A stretch of DNA of 64,000 nucleotides from Candidatus Levyibacteriota bacterium (GCA_027459745.1 DAIDHL010000001.1:168290-232289); one strand, 5' to 3'; positions 31,005 to 40,016 are shown, counted from the first letter of the stretch. Notes: generated by a model from the letters alone, not told the origin. Program-made: numbers and translations.

Positions 31005-31778
31005 GTGAGACGAGAATTATTGTGTCTGAAATTAGGTGGATCTATAATCACAAATAAAGCAAAACCATATACTGCCGATATCACAAATATAGAGTCTATT
31101 GTTAGTTTACTGCAGAGTATAAAAATACCTTTGGTGATAGTACATGGCAGTGGAAGTTTCGGACATGTGTCGGCTAAGAAATATGGAGGAATACATGGTT
31201 ATTCATCTGCTAAAGGTATAGCTAAAGTAGCTTATGATGCTTCACATATAAACCAAATTTTAATGGAGGTATTTATTAAATATAAAATGCCTGTAATCTC
31301 ATTTAGTCCTCGTAGTTTTTTGTTAGCAAGTGACGGAAAACTTAAAGAAGCTTTTTTGCGTCCGATTGAGCAGGCATTAGATCAAAGCTTAATTCCTGTT
31401 ACCTTTGGAGATGTAATTTGGGATGAATCATGGAATAGTACGATATTTTCTGGAGAAGAAACATTAAATATTATGTACCGTTTTTTGTGCAAGAAGTATT
31501 TTTTTACAAAAATCATCGAGCTTACTGATGTTAATGGCGTATTAGACTCTTATGGGAATATTATACCGTTGATAAACGCACAGAATTGGCAAGAGGTAAA
31601 AACATACTTTCATAGCTCTAAAAATCCAGACGTTACAGGGGGTATGCGACATAAAGTGGAAAAAGCACTGGAAATGGCTAAATCAGGAGTAAAGACTTTA
31701 ATTATAAATGGCAAGGACCAATCAGCAGTTAAAAAGGCTTTAAATGGTGGTCAAGTAGGAACATTAATTTCAAATTAA
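31005..31778 (+). CDS. isopentenyl phosphate kinase (amino-acid kinase family)
   Basis: LKLGGS, VHGSGSFGH, FSGEE, TDVNGV and DVTGGM motifs line up with archaeal IPK. Confidence 0.75.
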   Translation: MRRELLCLKLGGSIITNKAKPYTADITNIESIVSLLQSIKIPLVIVHGSGSFGHVSAKKYGGIHGYSSAKGIAKVAYDASHINQILMEVFIKYKMPVISFSPRSFLLASDGKLKEAFLRPIEQALDQSLIPVTFGDVIWDESWNSTIFSGEETLNIMYRFLCKKYFFTKIIELTDVNGVLDSYGNIIPLINAQNWQEVKTYFHSSKNPDVTGGMRHKVEKALEMAKSGVKTLIINGKDQSAVKKALNGGQVGTLISN

Positions 31779-31781
31779 ATT

Positions 31782-32411
31782 ATGGAACGGATTGTATTGT
31801 CAAATCAAGAACAGAAAGAAATGAGTCGTCCGGTAATAGGGATGGCTGCCGTTATTATTAATGCCAGTACGGGGGAAATATGGTCAGTTGAAGAGCAAGT
31901 ATCCAAAGCACTTACGGGCCGGCAAGCCGGACAGCTATCAATTCCACTTGAGACGAGAAAAATAGGAGAAAGTATAATGAGCAATTTAGAAGGAGCTATG
32001 GCAGAAGCATCGAGTGATAAAGATAGCGTGGGTAATGATGTAAGAGAGCAGGTTATAGGAAATCTATTCCATTTTAATACAATTCCTCAAGGCGTAGTAA
32101 TTGTACCAGTGGGTAGTAGAATGATCAGATGCGACTTGTCAGTTTTATTATATGGTGGTATGGATACACTACCTCAACCTTATTCGACGGAAGTAATCAA
32201 TGCTCGTTGGATTGACCCTGTAAAATTATTAGAAGGAAATGTAAGGCCTTTAGCTAGGGATGTTGTAAATTATACTTTAGATTCAGGGCTTTATGTCAAA
32301 AGTTTGTCCCATTTCAGACAAGAACCCTGGAGAGCGCAAAAAACATTTTCACCTAATTTTTCTATAATTTCAAATCATACAAGACGAGAATTGTTACCTG
32401 ATTGTAGCTAG
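31782..32411 (+). CDS. hypothetical protein (degenerate Nudix-like G..E..GE stretch)
   Basis: 209-aa ORF; GRQAGQLSIPLETRKIGES only loosely Nudix-like. Confidence 0.35.
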   Translation: MERIVLSNQEQKEMSRPVIGMAAVIINASTGEIWSVEEQVSKALTGRQAGQLSIPLETRKIGESIMSNLEGAMAEASSDKDSVGNDVREQVIGNLFHFNTIPQGVVIVPVGSRMIRCDLSVLLYGGMDTLPQPYSTEVINARWIDPVKLLEGNVRPLARDVVNYTLDSGLYVKSLSHFRQEPWRAQKTFSPNFSIISNHTRRELLPDCS

Positions 32412-32457
32412 ATTATACTTATAAGTATAATAAAATTTTTTACGGAAAGATTAATCA

Positions 32458-33351
32458 TTAAGACTGATGAATATTAAGAAGTACTTTTCCATCTTGTATA
32501 CCTAAAGTGCTATTTGGATGAGTACTCACATAAGCATTAAGAGTATTGGCAAGCCTTTGCTTCATGGTCTTTATAGATCCTTCTACTCCCGATTCTAAAG
32601 TTCTCTTTCGTAATGATTCAGAAATTCTTTGTTTACTGTCACGTTCGTATAAGATTCCACCCATCTCTTCATAGGGAGATTGTAAGAGGTATTCTCTTAG
32701 CGAACGAAACATATGATCATATTCTGCAATTCCAGTAGAATGTCCTTCTAAACCAAAGTAGCATAAGTAGCTTAAATGAGGATCTTTATATGGGGAATAA
32801 CGTTCTGTGCCATCGGTTTCCATGTTTTTTCTAATTCTTTCAGAATAGCCTGTTGCGAATTGTTCGTCTCTTTCTATAAGATATACAGCTATTTTTGAGA
32901 GTACTTGTGAAGGAACATTCGGCTCCAATTGTTTATCTGTATCTTCCTCAGTATCTGGCGTCTCTCCATTAAAATAAGCCATCATATTTTTAATTTCCAT
33001 CTGAGTATCATTTTCGATTGTTTCAACACTAAACGGCATTTCAGTATCAGGATCGGGGTTATGTAATGATATTTTTTTTGTCAGCGTAGTGCTGCTGTCT
33101 TGTTCACCCGGATTTAGAAAATTTATGAGAACTTTTTTACTAGATTCAAAGAGTTCTGCAGCAAAAGTCTCGTCTATTTTCCATTCAGGATGAAGTTGAT
33201 GAATATATTGAAAAAACAAGTCTTGCAAATCAGGATAACCTTGTGAAAATCGGAAAGAAGAGAACAATAGTTTGGTGGCATACTGAATGGATAATTCTCC
33301 TTTTTGTCGTTCATCTGAAGAACTACCGTCAATCTGAGCTTCGCCTGGCAT
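32458..33351 (-). CDS. hypothetical acidic protein
   Basis: 297-aa ORF, no motif recognised. Confidence 0.4.
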   Translation of the reverse strand: MPGEAQIDGSSSDERQKGELSIQYATKLLFSSFRFSQGYPDLQDLFFQYIHQLHPEWKIDETFAAELFESSKKVLINFLNPGEQDSSTTLTKKISLHNPDPDTEMPFSVETIENDTQMEIKNMMAYFNGETPDTEEDTDKQLEPNVPSQVLSKIAVYLIERDEQFATGYSERIRKNMETDGTERYSPYKDPHLSYLCYFGLEGHSTGIAEYDHMFRSLREYLLQSPYEEMGGILYERDSKQRISESLRKRTLESGVEGSIKTMKQRLANTLNAYVSTHPNSTLGIQDGKVLLNIHQS

Positions 33352-33399
33352 ACGTAAATATTATAATATTATTGATAGTATATCAACAATTCAAAAATT

Positions 33400-33567
33400 T
33401 CGGTCAAACTTACATAGATCCTAAGCCGGGGGTTCTTCGTGTGCTGCTTGGTTCGATATGTCCCGCTGGGTTGGCATGGTCATATTCTGGCTTATCGAAT
33501 CGCGAGTTTAACAAGCAATATCAGGCTATTCTTGATATAGGAAGTGGTAATTTTGCAATGAGTACCC
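33400..33567 (+). repeat. direct repeat copy A (168 bp; 164/168 identical to 39820-39987, last 131 bp perfect)
   Basis: Direct sequence comparison; mismatches only in the first 40 bp. Confidence 0.9.
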
Positions 33568-33656
33568 TCAATGCAAATACCATCGAACCGCTTTTGCTTT
33601 GGATCTTTAACTTAATGCATGTTTTTGGGTATAAAGAAAGAGCCTATCGTGTATAA
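33400..33656 (+). pseudogene. 3' remnant of a large serine recombinase gene (no start codon)
   Basis: Encodes ...GQTYIDPKPGVLRVLLGSICPAGLAWSYSGLSNREFNKQYQAILDIGSGNFAMST..., nearly identical to the C-terminus of the recombinase at 38484-40016; upstream part of ORF 33243-33656 overlaps the opposite-strand gene. Confidence 0.6.
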
Positions 33657-33668
33657 TACCATTAGTAT

Positions 33669-33992
33669 ATGAGTACCAAGGCAGATAATGAGATATTGCC
33701 AGAAGATAAGATACAACTCAATCAGGATCAAGAAAATTTGATTACGTTGGCCTTCGCAAAACAGATACCAGTTGACGATGCTGAATTCATTGAAAAGATA
33801 CAAAAACAGGACAGGCCATCAACTGGTGCTTATATTGAGATTGAGGAGTATTTTACAAAGAAATATGGCGAAGAATTTGGGAGAATCTTTCTTGCTACAA
33901 TTACTGGTGGAGAAGCAAGCTACAAAAATACAATAGAGAAGCTTGAGAAAGAACGAGCTCAGAAAAGAATACGTCTTGGAAATAGTAATTAG
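33669..33992 (+). CDS. hypothetical protein
   Basis: 107-aa acidic ORF inside the element. Confidence 0.4.
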   Translation: MSTKADNEILPEDKIQLNQDQENLITLAFAKQIPVDDAEFIEKIQKQDRPSTGAYIEIEEYFTKKYGEEFGRIFLATITGGEASYKNTIEKLEKERAQKRIRLGNSN

Positions 33993-34213
33993 TCAGGAAA
34001 AATATCTGATGCTTTCACCTTTAATGCCTTAATCACTCTATAGATGTTCTGGAAGGTTGTATTGATCTCTCCCCGTTCAATTTTTGCGTAATAATTACCT
34101 TTCATGCCAATCGCCTTAGCCACTTCCTCTTGAGTAAAGTTACCATTTACTCTTGCGTGACGTATCTTTTCGCCGAATTCTTTTTGAGCTTTATGATTAA
34201 CCTTGGTTGCCAT
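33989..34213 (-). CDS. XRE-family HTH transcriptional regulator
   Basis: FGEKIRHARVNGNFTQEEVAKAIGMKGNYYAKIERGE helix-turn-helix. Confidence 0.8.
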   Translation of the reverse strand: MATKVNHKAQKEFGEKIRHARVNGNFTQEEVAKAIGMKGNYYAKIERGEINTTFQNIYRVIKALKVKASDIFPD

Positions 34214-34240
34214 AGATAAAGTATAACAAAAATGGCCTCT

Positions 34241-34265
34241 CAGTGATACATTCAGCAGTGATACA
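34241..34265 (+). promoter_or_regulatory. two direct CAGTGATACA repeats between the XRE gene and divergent ORF
   Basis: CAGTGATACA at 34241-34250 and 34256-34265 in the 60-bp divergent intergenic region. Confidence 0.35.
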
Positions 34266-34273
34266 ATGAGCTT

Positions 34274-34678
34274 GTGGATACGAGTACACTATCTGAATCA
34301 TTTAAGCAAAAAGTACACAAGGCAATGGAGAAACCATATGTATGGCAAGAAGTTGAAGATCTCCAGACTAACGAACAGCTACTCGCACAGAAATATTTGT
34401 ATGGGAAGTTAAGTGGCAGAGAATTTGATCGTCGACTTACACGAATTCAATCGCAAGTTCCTTCACTTATTATTAAATCTCTCGATGAACTGGAAGCAGT
34501 TATGGATATATTGAATATTGGAGAAGAAATAAAAAGGAAAACGCTTCAAGATATGTCTTTTCAATATGAAAAAGCTGTAAAACAAGGATACTTATGTCGT
34601 TTTAGCGTTTGGTTTTATGAAACTATATATAAAGGAACTGCGATGTATTGCGCAACACAAATATATATAAGTAAATAA
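34274..34678 (+). CDS. hypothetical protein
   Basis: 134-aa ORF (GTG start) divergent from the XRE gene. Confidence 0.4.
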   Translation: MDTSTLSESFKQKVHKAMEKPYVWQEVEDLQTNEQLLAQKYLYGKLSGREFDRRLTRIQSQVPSLIIKSLDELEAVMDILNIGEEIKRKTLQDMSFQYEKAVKQGYLCRFSVWFYETIYKGTAMYCATQIYISK

Positions 34679-34695
34679 AAGTAATGTTCCCAAAC

Positions 34696-37131
34696 CTAAA
34701 AAATTTCAGATATTTTTTTTGCTGATTGAAGTAGCTCATATTTTGTATATCGTGGACTTTGTAGATTAATTCTGGGATTGTCTAAATGTATTGGGTTAAT
34801 TTGATAGATATCAGACAAAAATAGTTTAAATTTGCCGGTTTTCTCGTAAGGTTCTATGTTCTTAATTTTACCCATCCATCTTATTACTTTATTTGGTGCT
34901 ACTTCATATAATGCAAGATATTTGAGCTTCTTTTTTGCCTCGGGAGATAGTTTAACTGCCCACCAGGCATGCTGTTCAATAAATGCTCGGCTAAGACCGT
35001 CATTTTTTGTTGCGCAAATGATAGTATCATAATCTTTATCTATAGATTTAGCTACCCTAAAAACCTTCTTTTCAGGAATATGATCTTTTTGTACAATCTC
35101 AACTGGTTGTTTTGATTTTTCTAGTCTAGAGAATATTCTATCAAACCATTCGATCGCAGATTCCCCGTCTTTTCTAATCAACGGATCGCTATCTTTTGCA
35201 TGAGCTATATCATTACGATATTCCCTTAAATCAGTAAGCCTTTTTTGTAATTCTTCCTTAGAGCCGAAAATTGCTTCAAATAGATTCCAGTTTTTTAGTA
35301 TAATCTTTTGATAATCTCCCACATCACAATAATTCAGATAATCTCTTGTAGAAAAGTCAGTAAGATTTTTATATGGATTACGCTTAAGCTCTGAAGCTAT
35401 TTTAATACTTACATTAACCTTAGTATCCTCAGGTATAGATGTATTCCAATAACCTTGATTTACTGATAATGCTGTTTGTATTGTATCTCTTAGTCTTACC
35501 TCAATCATATCTATCGCTTTTTTAGGATCATTTGATAGTAGCTGCATAATTCTGCCTCCAGTTACTTTTTTAAATTCTTCAAAAATATAATTGGCTCGTT
35601 CTAGGATGAATTGTTCATATCGATTATTTTCAACTGCTTGGCTATAAGGAATCATTTGCACTTTTAGTGTTTCTCCAAAATTTGGATTTTCCTTGCTATA
35701 AGTACTAAAATAATCGCTAGGCGCTTGTTTGGAAATCTCTTTATTAAGTTCTGCAGGGATGAAACAGAAGTTAGCGATTGAGTATTCACTATACTTTATA
35801 CCTTTTGATCTTGATTTTAGGAATTCTTTAGGAAATATATGATGTCTCTCAGCAAGGTTTATGCTTGCACATATGGAATCATCTAAAATAATATTATTAT
35901 TGTTTTTAAAATGCTTGGGACTTTTGCTGGCTAAAAGACAAAAGAAAACATTTCTAAGTGAGGATTTCGTTGTTATTTTTGTTTCGATAATTTCTTCTGG
36001 GGTAAGCGTAATTGGATAGTTAATTTCTACGTTGTCCTTTCCTTCAATAAAGCTGTCAAATATATCTTTTCGATCTTCCCACATGTGTGTATCACGTTGA
36101 CTACCGTATCTTTCGCTTAAGGAAGCTTTCCAAAACCATTCCTGAACTTTTTTGGTTACATTTTGGTTGAATGATGCTTTTGGATATTTATAATAAAGAT
36201 ATATAAGAAGAGAGAGAATTGCAGGGTATGGTAAAAATTCATATGTTTTTACTCCTAAATTTGCAGTAAGATGATCCACAGCTTTTTCTACAGATTGGCA
36301 TACTTTAGGCCATGCTGATTTAATCTCTTCTTTTTTAAGTTCAAATAAATATTTTTGGTTACAATATCCTTTAATAATTAACGCAATAGCTAATAATACT
36401 GGTTCTATTGGAATTTCTCCAAAAGATTTTTTGTCATTTATACTCTTACTTAAGGCCTCATACTTCTCTCGTATGTCAAAATCATCTCCCCACGTACTTG
36501 CGACAACGAGGTCAAAAACTGATAGTTTTTTGCCTCCTTGATTAATTCTTTCAAATATTTCAATCGCATCAGCGAGTTCTTTCTCTTTTACGCTAATTAC
36601 AGATAAAGGGTAATTAGCAAAAATTCCAGTCAGTTTTTGAAATATCTTTTTTCTTTCATCAGTCAAGTTCTTAAATATTTCTAAGGATGTTTCCTGACTA
36701 AAGATATCTCTTACAGAAGCAAAATGATTATCTTTTGTCTCTTCCTCGAAAAAAACCTCATCATCAAAATTAAAGCAGATATTACCATAATTAATGGTAT
36801 CTACTGTTAATCCATTAAACGTAACAAATAAAGCAGTCGCTCTTTGTTGTCCATCAAGAATGTATCTCAAATCTGAGTGGCCGTCTGGTTTTGGTAAATT
36901 TAATTCAGGGAAATCCTTATAAAAAAGATTATATTGTCTATCTGCGTCCCAAACAAAAAAACTTCCTATTGGATACTCTCTATATATTGAGTCTAGCAAG
37001 TCAATAATTTTTTTACGTCCCCACACGAATTTTCTCTGAAAACGCGGTATGCGGAGTGTTCCATTTGATATATCGTAAAGAAGATTAGATAATTTGTAAT
37101 TTGATTTTATTTCAATCTTAGATATTTCCAT
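34696..37131 (-). CDS. GmrSD-like nuclease: DUF262 (ParB-like) + DUF1524 (HNH/His-Me) + C-terminal HEPN-like RNx3H domain + unknown C-terminal module
   Basis: RIPRFQRKFVW...YPIGSFF...LDGQQRATAL (DUF262); ERHHIFPKEFL...NFCFIPAELNK (DUF1524); EYRNDIAHAKD (Rx4H); final 150 aa unassigned. Confidence 0.7.
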   Translation of the reverse strand: MEISKIEIKSNYKLSNLLYDISNGTLRIPRFQRKFVWGRKKIIDLLDSIYREYPIGSFFVWDADRQYNLFYKDFPELNLPKPDGHSDLRYILDGQQRATALFVTFNGLTVDTINYGNICFNFDDEVFFEEETKDNHFASVRDIFSQETSLEIFKNLTDERKKIFQKLTGIFANYPLSVISVKEKELADAIEIFERINQGGKKLSVFDLVVASTWGDDFDIREKYEALSKSINDKKSFGEIPIEPVLLAIALIIKGYCNQKYLFELKKEEIKSAWPKVCQSVEKAVDHLTANLGVKTYEFLPYPAILSLLIYLYYKYPKASFNQNVTKKVQEWFWKASLSERYGSQRDTHMWEDRKDIFDSFIEGKDNVEINYPITLTPEEIIETKITTKSSLRNVFFCLLASKSPKHFKNNNNIILDDSICASINLAERHHIFPKEFLKSRSKGIKYSEYSIANFCFIPAELNKEISKQAPSDYFSTYSKENPNFGETLKVQMIPYSQAVENNRYEQFILERANYIFEEFKKVTGGRIMQLLSNDPKKAIDMIEVRLRDTIQTALSVNQGYWNTSIPEDTKVNVSIKIASELKRNPYKNLTDFSTRDYLNYCDVGDYQKIILKNWNLFEAIFGSKEELQKRLTDLREYRNDIAHAKDSDPLIRKDGESAIEWFDRIFSRLEKSKQPVEIVQKDHIPEKKVFRVAKSIDKDYDTIICATKNDGLSRAFIEQHAWWAVKLSPEAKKKLKYLALYEVAPNKVIRWMGKIKNIEPYEKTGKFKLFLSDIYQINPIHLDNPRINLQSPRYTKYELLQSAKKISEIF

Positions 37132-37178
37132 ATTTGGATTATATCAAACACAACAACAAGTAAACAGCTTTAGAACAT

Positions 37179-37958
37179 CTACTCATCCACAATCTTCATC
37201 CAGTTTCCCCACGTATGCTTTGTACCAATCAAGGTATCTTTTGTAGTCACATAGATGCTAACTTCTCCCCATTCCTCTCGTAACACAGTACGAGCGCACC
37301 GCATCACTTTTTTCTGTTCATAGGAAGTCTGTGTAACAAGCAGAAGTGTAGGGAATGCTATCTTCATGACGTCTTCATCCCAAGTATCCGCACAAGTGAA
37401 ATATCTTCGAATTTTACTTTTAATAAATCGTTTAGGTATCTTTTCATCAAACAGTTCAAGAAAATAATATTTAGTCTTTGTCCCTTGCTTCGTTACAGAG
37501 AAATAGCCATCAGCTGGGGGTTGCGGAAGATCAACATAACTCGTGAGTTCTATCTTACTAAAAAATGAGACGTCTTTGTCTTGCTCCTTGTAATACTGCT
37601 TTAAAGAGTAAGCAATCTTAGCAATATCACAACAATGGATTTGAAACCGTTGACTCCGTTGCTTTTCTCGATACAGTTGTGACAATATATATGCCTCACA
37701 GTCCTTTTGTGATTTCAAAATCTTCGCTGCTTTACTGGATAAACAATATATTGCCGGCTTAGTACGATTGATAAATGAAGCTTTATCATAAAACTGAACA
37801 ATATATCCTTTATCTACTAAATCTTTAAGCCATTGCTGAATACGAGTAGGGAGTTTATGTTTTAAATAGAGTTGAATAGTTGGTGTATCTAAGAATCTGA
37901 ATTGGTAGAGTAAAAGCATGATAGCTAATTGTTTTTTTGTTATTTTAAATTCTGGCAT
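37179..37958 (-). CDS. Replic_Relax-like winged-helix protein (putative relaxase/replication-relaxation family), paralog of 61670-62434
   Basis: LYQFRFLDTPTIQLYL...IQQWLKDLVDKGYI N-terminus and clear similarity to the second copy (FVTTKD, YYFLELFDE/RYFLDYFDE). Confidence 0.5.
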   Translation of the reverse strand: MPEFKITKKQLAIMLLLYQFRFLDTPTIQLYLKHKLPTRIQQWLKDLVDKGYIVQFYDKASFINRTKPAIYCLSSKAAKILKSQKDCEAYILSQLYREKQRSQRFQIHCCDIAKIAYSLKQYYKEQDKDVSFFSKIELTSYVDLPQPPADGYFSVTKQGTKTKYYFLELFDEKIPKRFIKSKIRRYFTCADTWDEDVMKIAFPTLLLVTQTSYEQKKVMRCARTVLREEWGEVSIYVTTKDTLIGTKHTWGNWMKIVDE

Positions 37959-38142
37959 AATAAAACCTCACAACACATACTATTTATATATAAATAGAAA
38001 GATGTGGTACATTATATCTTACTCAGCCGTAAACGCAAGCATTTTTTGCATGCACGCTACACGCAAGATTCTTAACGAGCAAAAACGTAAACTGAAGGGT
38101 GCACATTGGCTAAATACTTGGGGAATTAGCCATTATTCCGCT

Positions 38143-38187
38143 TGACAAGCACTTAATTAATTTATATACTGTCTATATATAGACAGT
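38143..38187 (+). promoter_or_regulatory. promoter TTGACA-17-TATACT overlapped by perfect 20-bp palindrome ACTGTCTATATATAGACAGT (38168-38187)
   Basis: Palindrome sits at the predicted +1 of the 92-aa ORF / serine recombinase operon. Confidence 0.5.
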
Positions 38188-38203
38188 CATTATTTATCCT
38201 GCA

Positions 38204-38482
38204 ATGATTGACAATTCAGAAAAGAAATCTCGACAATTTAATCTAAATTATTTTCCTCAGTCATCCATTTTTGCTAACTCACTAAATGAAATGTTCCCAG
38301 AACAGCAACATGAAGATAAAACTGTCAAGAAAGCAAGAGAAGTTCTAGGAGAAAATTATACTTTAGAACAAACAAAAGAGCTGATGGCTTCTTATGAGTT
38401 TATTATTCAAAAGTGGCTGGAAGAATATGAGAAAAGCATTTTTAACAATAAAACATTAAAAGAGCTACTTCAAAAAAATTAA
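38204..38482 (+). CDS. hypothetical protein co-transcribed with the serine recombinase (possible accessory/RDF)
   Basis: 92-aa ORF ending 2 nt before the recombinase start. Confidence 0.4.
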   Translation: MIDNSEKKSRQFNLNYFPQSSIFANSLNEMFPEQQHEDKTVKKAREVLGENYTLEQTKELMASYEFIIQKWLEEYEKSIFNNKTLKELLQKN

Positions 38483-38483
38483 T

Positions 38484-40016
38484 ATGGCTGGAGCTGAACT
38501 AACTAAACAAGCAATTATTTACATCCGAGTCTCAAGCGAAGAACAGGTTGAAAATTTTTCATTGGATACACAAGATGATATTTGCAGAAAAGAAGCAACT
38601 AGGCGAGGTTTTCAAATAATTGAAATCTTTCGGGAAGAAGGAAAGTCTGCAAAAACTATAACGGGCAGACCAGAGTTGATGAAGCTATTAGATTATTGTC
38701 GAAGAAACCGCAGACATGTTGATGCAGTATTTGTATACAGACTTGATCGTATATCTCGACAAACATCTGACTACTTAGCTATTCGAAAACGCTTGGCAGA
38801 TTATGGCATTTCCTTAATTTCAGCTAATGAACCTACTGGAAACTCCCCAACAGAGAAATTATTGGAAACAATTATTGCCAGTTTTGCTCAACATGATAAT
38901 GATGTTCGTTCAGAACGAACAAAAAATGGCTTACGCACAAGATTTCTTGCTGGTATGTGCACGGGCAAAGTGCCAATAGGATACGTTATGGAAGGCGGTT
39001 ATGCAGTAAAAGATAAAAATTTTGAAAATATGAAGAAAGCTTGGAATCTTATGGCAACAGGAACAAAGAGTCTTTCAGAAATGGCTGCGATTATGAATGA
39101 ATGGGGAATACGAAAAGTTGTTGCTGGTAAAGAGCATAAACTACGAATGCAAACAGTCGGTAGATTATTTAGACATAAATTTTATATGGGTGTTCTGACC
39201 TCTACAAAATATCCAGAAGAGATTCGAGGACAACATGAGGCAATGGTAACGGAAGAGCAATTTTATAAAGTACAAGCAATTATAGATGGCAGGAATGTCA
39301 GTGGGATGACTATTGGTAAGCGACTCAATGAGAACCCAGATTTTCCTTTACGACGAGTAATTAAATGTGGAAAATGTGGAGGAGTTTTATCCGGCGCTTG
39401 GAGTAAGGGGAGATCAAAACGATATGCTTACTATATCTGTAAAAACCGTTGTGGTGCTCCATCTATTGCTGTTAAAAAATTGGACGACTCACTCATACAA
39501 TACTTCCAAGATATTACGCCTACTAAAGATCAACTAGATGTATTTCTGATTGTGTTAAGAAAAATGTTTTATCAAAGCCTATCGGGGCTTCAAGCAAAAC
39601 GAGTGATAGCTCAAGAAGAAATATATAAGCTAAAACAAATGAGACAAAAGCTTGTAGAAAAAAATTTGGCAGGGGTCTATTCAGATGAGATATTTAAAGA
39701 GCAAAGGGTTATTATTGAAGACAAAATTGCTACTGCTGAAAGTATTTTAGGACAGACAATTTTTGATAAATACAATTTTGATGATGTCGAGAAATTTATG
39801 CGTGCAAAATTTAAGGATCTCGGTCAAACTTACATAGATTCTGAGCCTGGGGTTCGTCGTGTGCTGCTTGGTTCGATATGTCCCGCTGGGTTGGCATGGT
39901 CATATTCTGGCTTATCGAATCGCGAGTTTAACAAGCAATATCAGGCTATTCTTGATATAGGAAGTGGTAATTTTGCAATGAGTACCCCATCTGGGACGAT
40001 GTTCGTACCTATCTAG
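38484..40016 (+). CDS. large serine recombinase (resolvase/invertase N-domain + recombinase domain + zinc ribbon)
   Basis: AIIYIRVSSEEQ catalytic Ser motif, ...VYRLDRISR; CGKCGG...C zinc ribbon; 510 aa. Confidence 0.85.
   Translation: MAGAELTKQAIIYIRVSSEEQVENFSLDTQDDICRKEATRRGFQIIEIFREEGKSAKTITGRPELMKLLDYCRRNRRHVDAVFVYRLDRISRQTSDYLAIRKRLADYGISLISANEPTGNSPTEKLLETIIASFAQHDNDVRSERTKNGLRTRFLAGMCTGKVPIGYVMEGGYAVKDKNFENMKKAWNLMATGTKSLSEMAAIMNEWGIRKVVAGKEHKLRMQTVGRLFRHKFYMGVLTSTKYPEEIRGQHEAMVTEEQFYKVQAIIDGRNVSGMTIGKRLNENPDFPLRRVIKCGKCGGVLSGAWSKGRSKRYAYYICKNRCGAPSIAVKKLDDSLIQYFQDITPTKDQLDVFLIVLRKMFYQSLSGLQAKRVIAQEEIYKLKQMRQKLVEKNLAGVYSDEIFKEQRVIIEDKIATAESILGQTIFDKYNFDDVEKFMRAKFKDLGQTYIDSEPGVRRVLLGSICPAGLAWSYSGLSNREFNKQYQAILDIGSGNFAMSTPSGTMFVPI
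39820..39987 (+). repeat. direct repeat copy B (inside the 3' end of the serine recombinase gene)
   Basis: See copy A. Confidence 0.9.

Larger units (their letters stand above)
33400..39987. mobile_element. direct-repeat-bounded 6.6-kb segment (ICE remnant / integrative module)
   Basis: 168-bp direct repeats at both ends; contents XRE, GmrSD-like nuclease, Replic_Relax-like, serine recombinase. Confidence 0.55.

Noticed and set aside
33243-33399. 5' half of ORF 33243-33656
   Set aside because: It overlaps the minus-strand gene 32458-33351 and has no counterpart in the recombinase. Only the part from about 33400 onward matches the serine recombinase C-terminus.
33400-33567. Considered whether the 168-bp direct repeat is the 3' end of a tRNA or tmRNA gene used as an integration target
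   Set aside because: I could not fold either strand into an acceptor/T-arm. A single reading frame stays open across the whole repeat in both copies and encodes a recombinase C-terminus, so a coding remnant is the better explanation.
37918-38145. 75-aa ORF on the plus strand between Replic_Relax and the recombinase operon
   Set aside because: It overlaps the Replic_Relax start and the promoter/operator region. It is more likely non-coding regulatory DNA.
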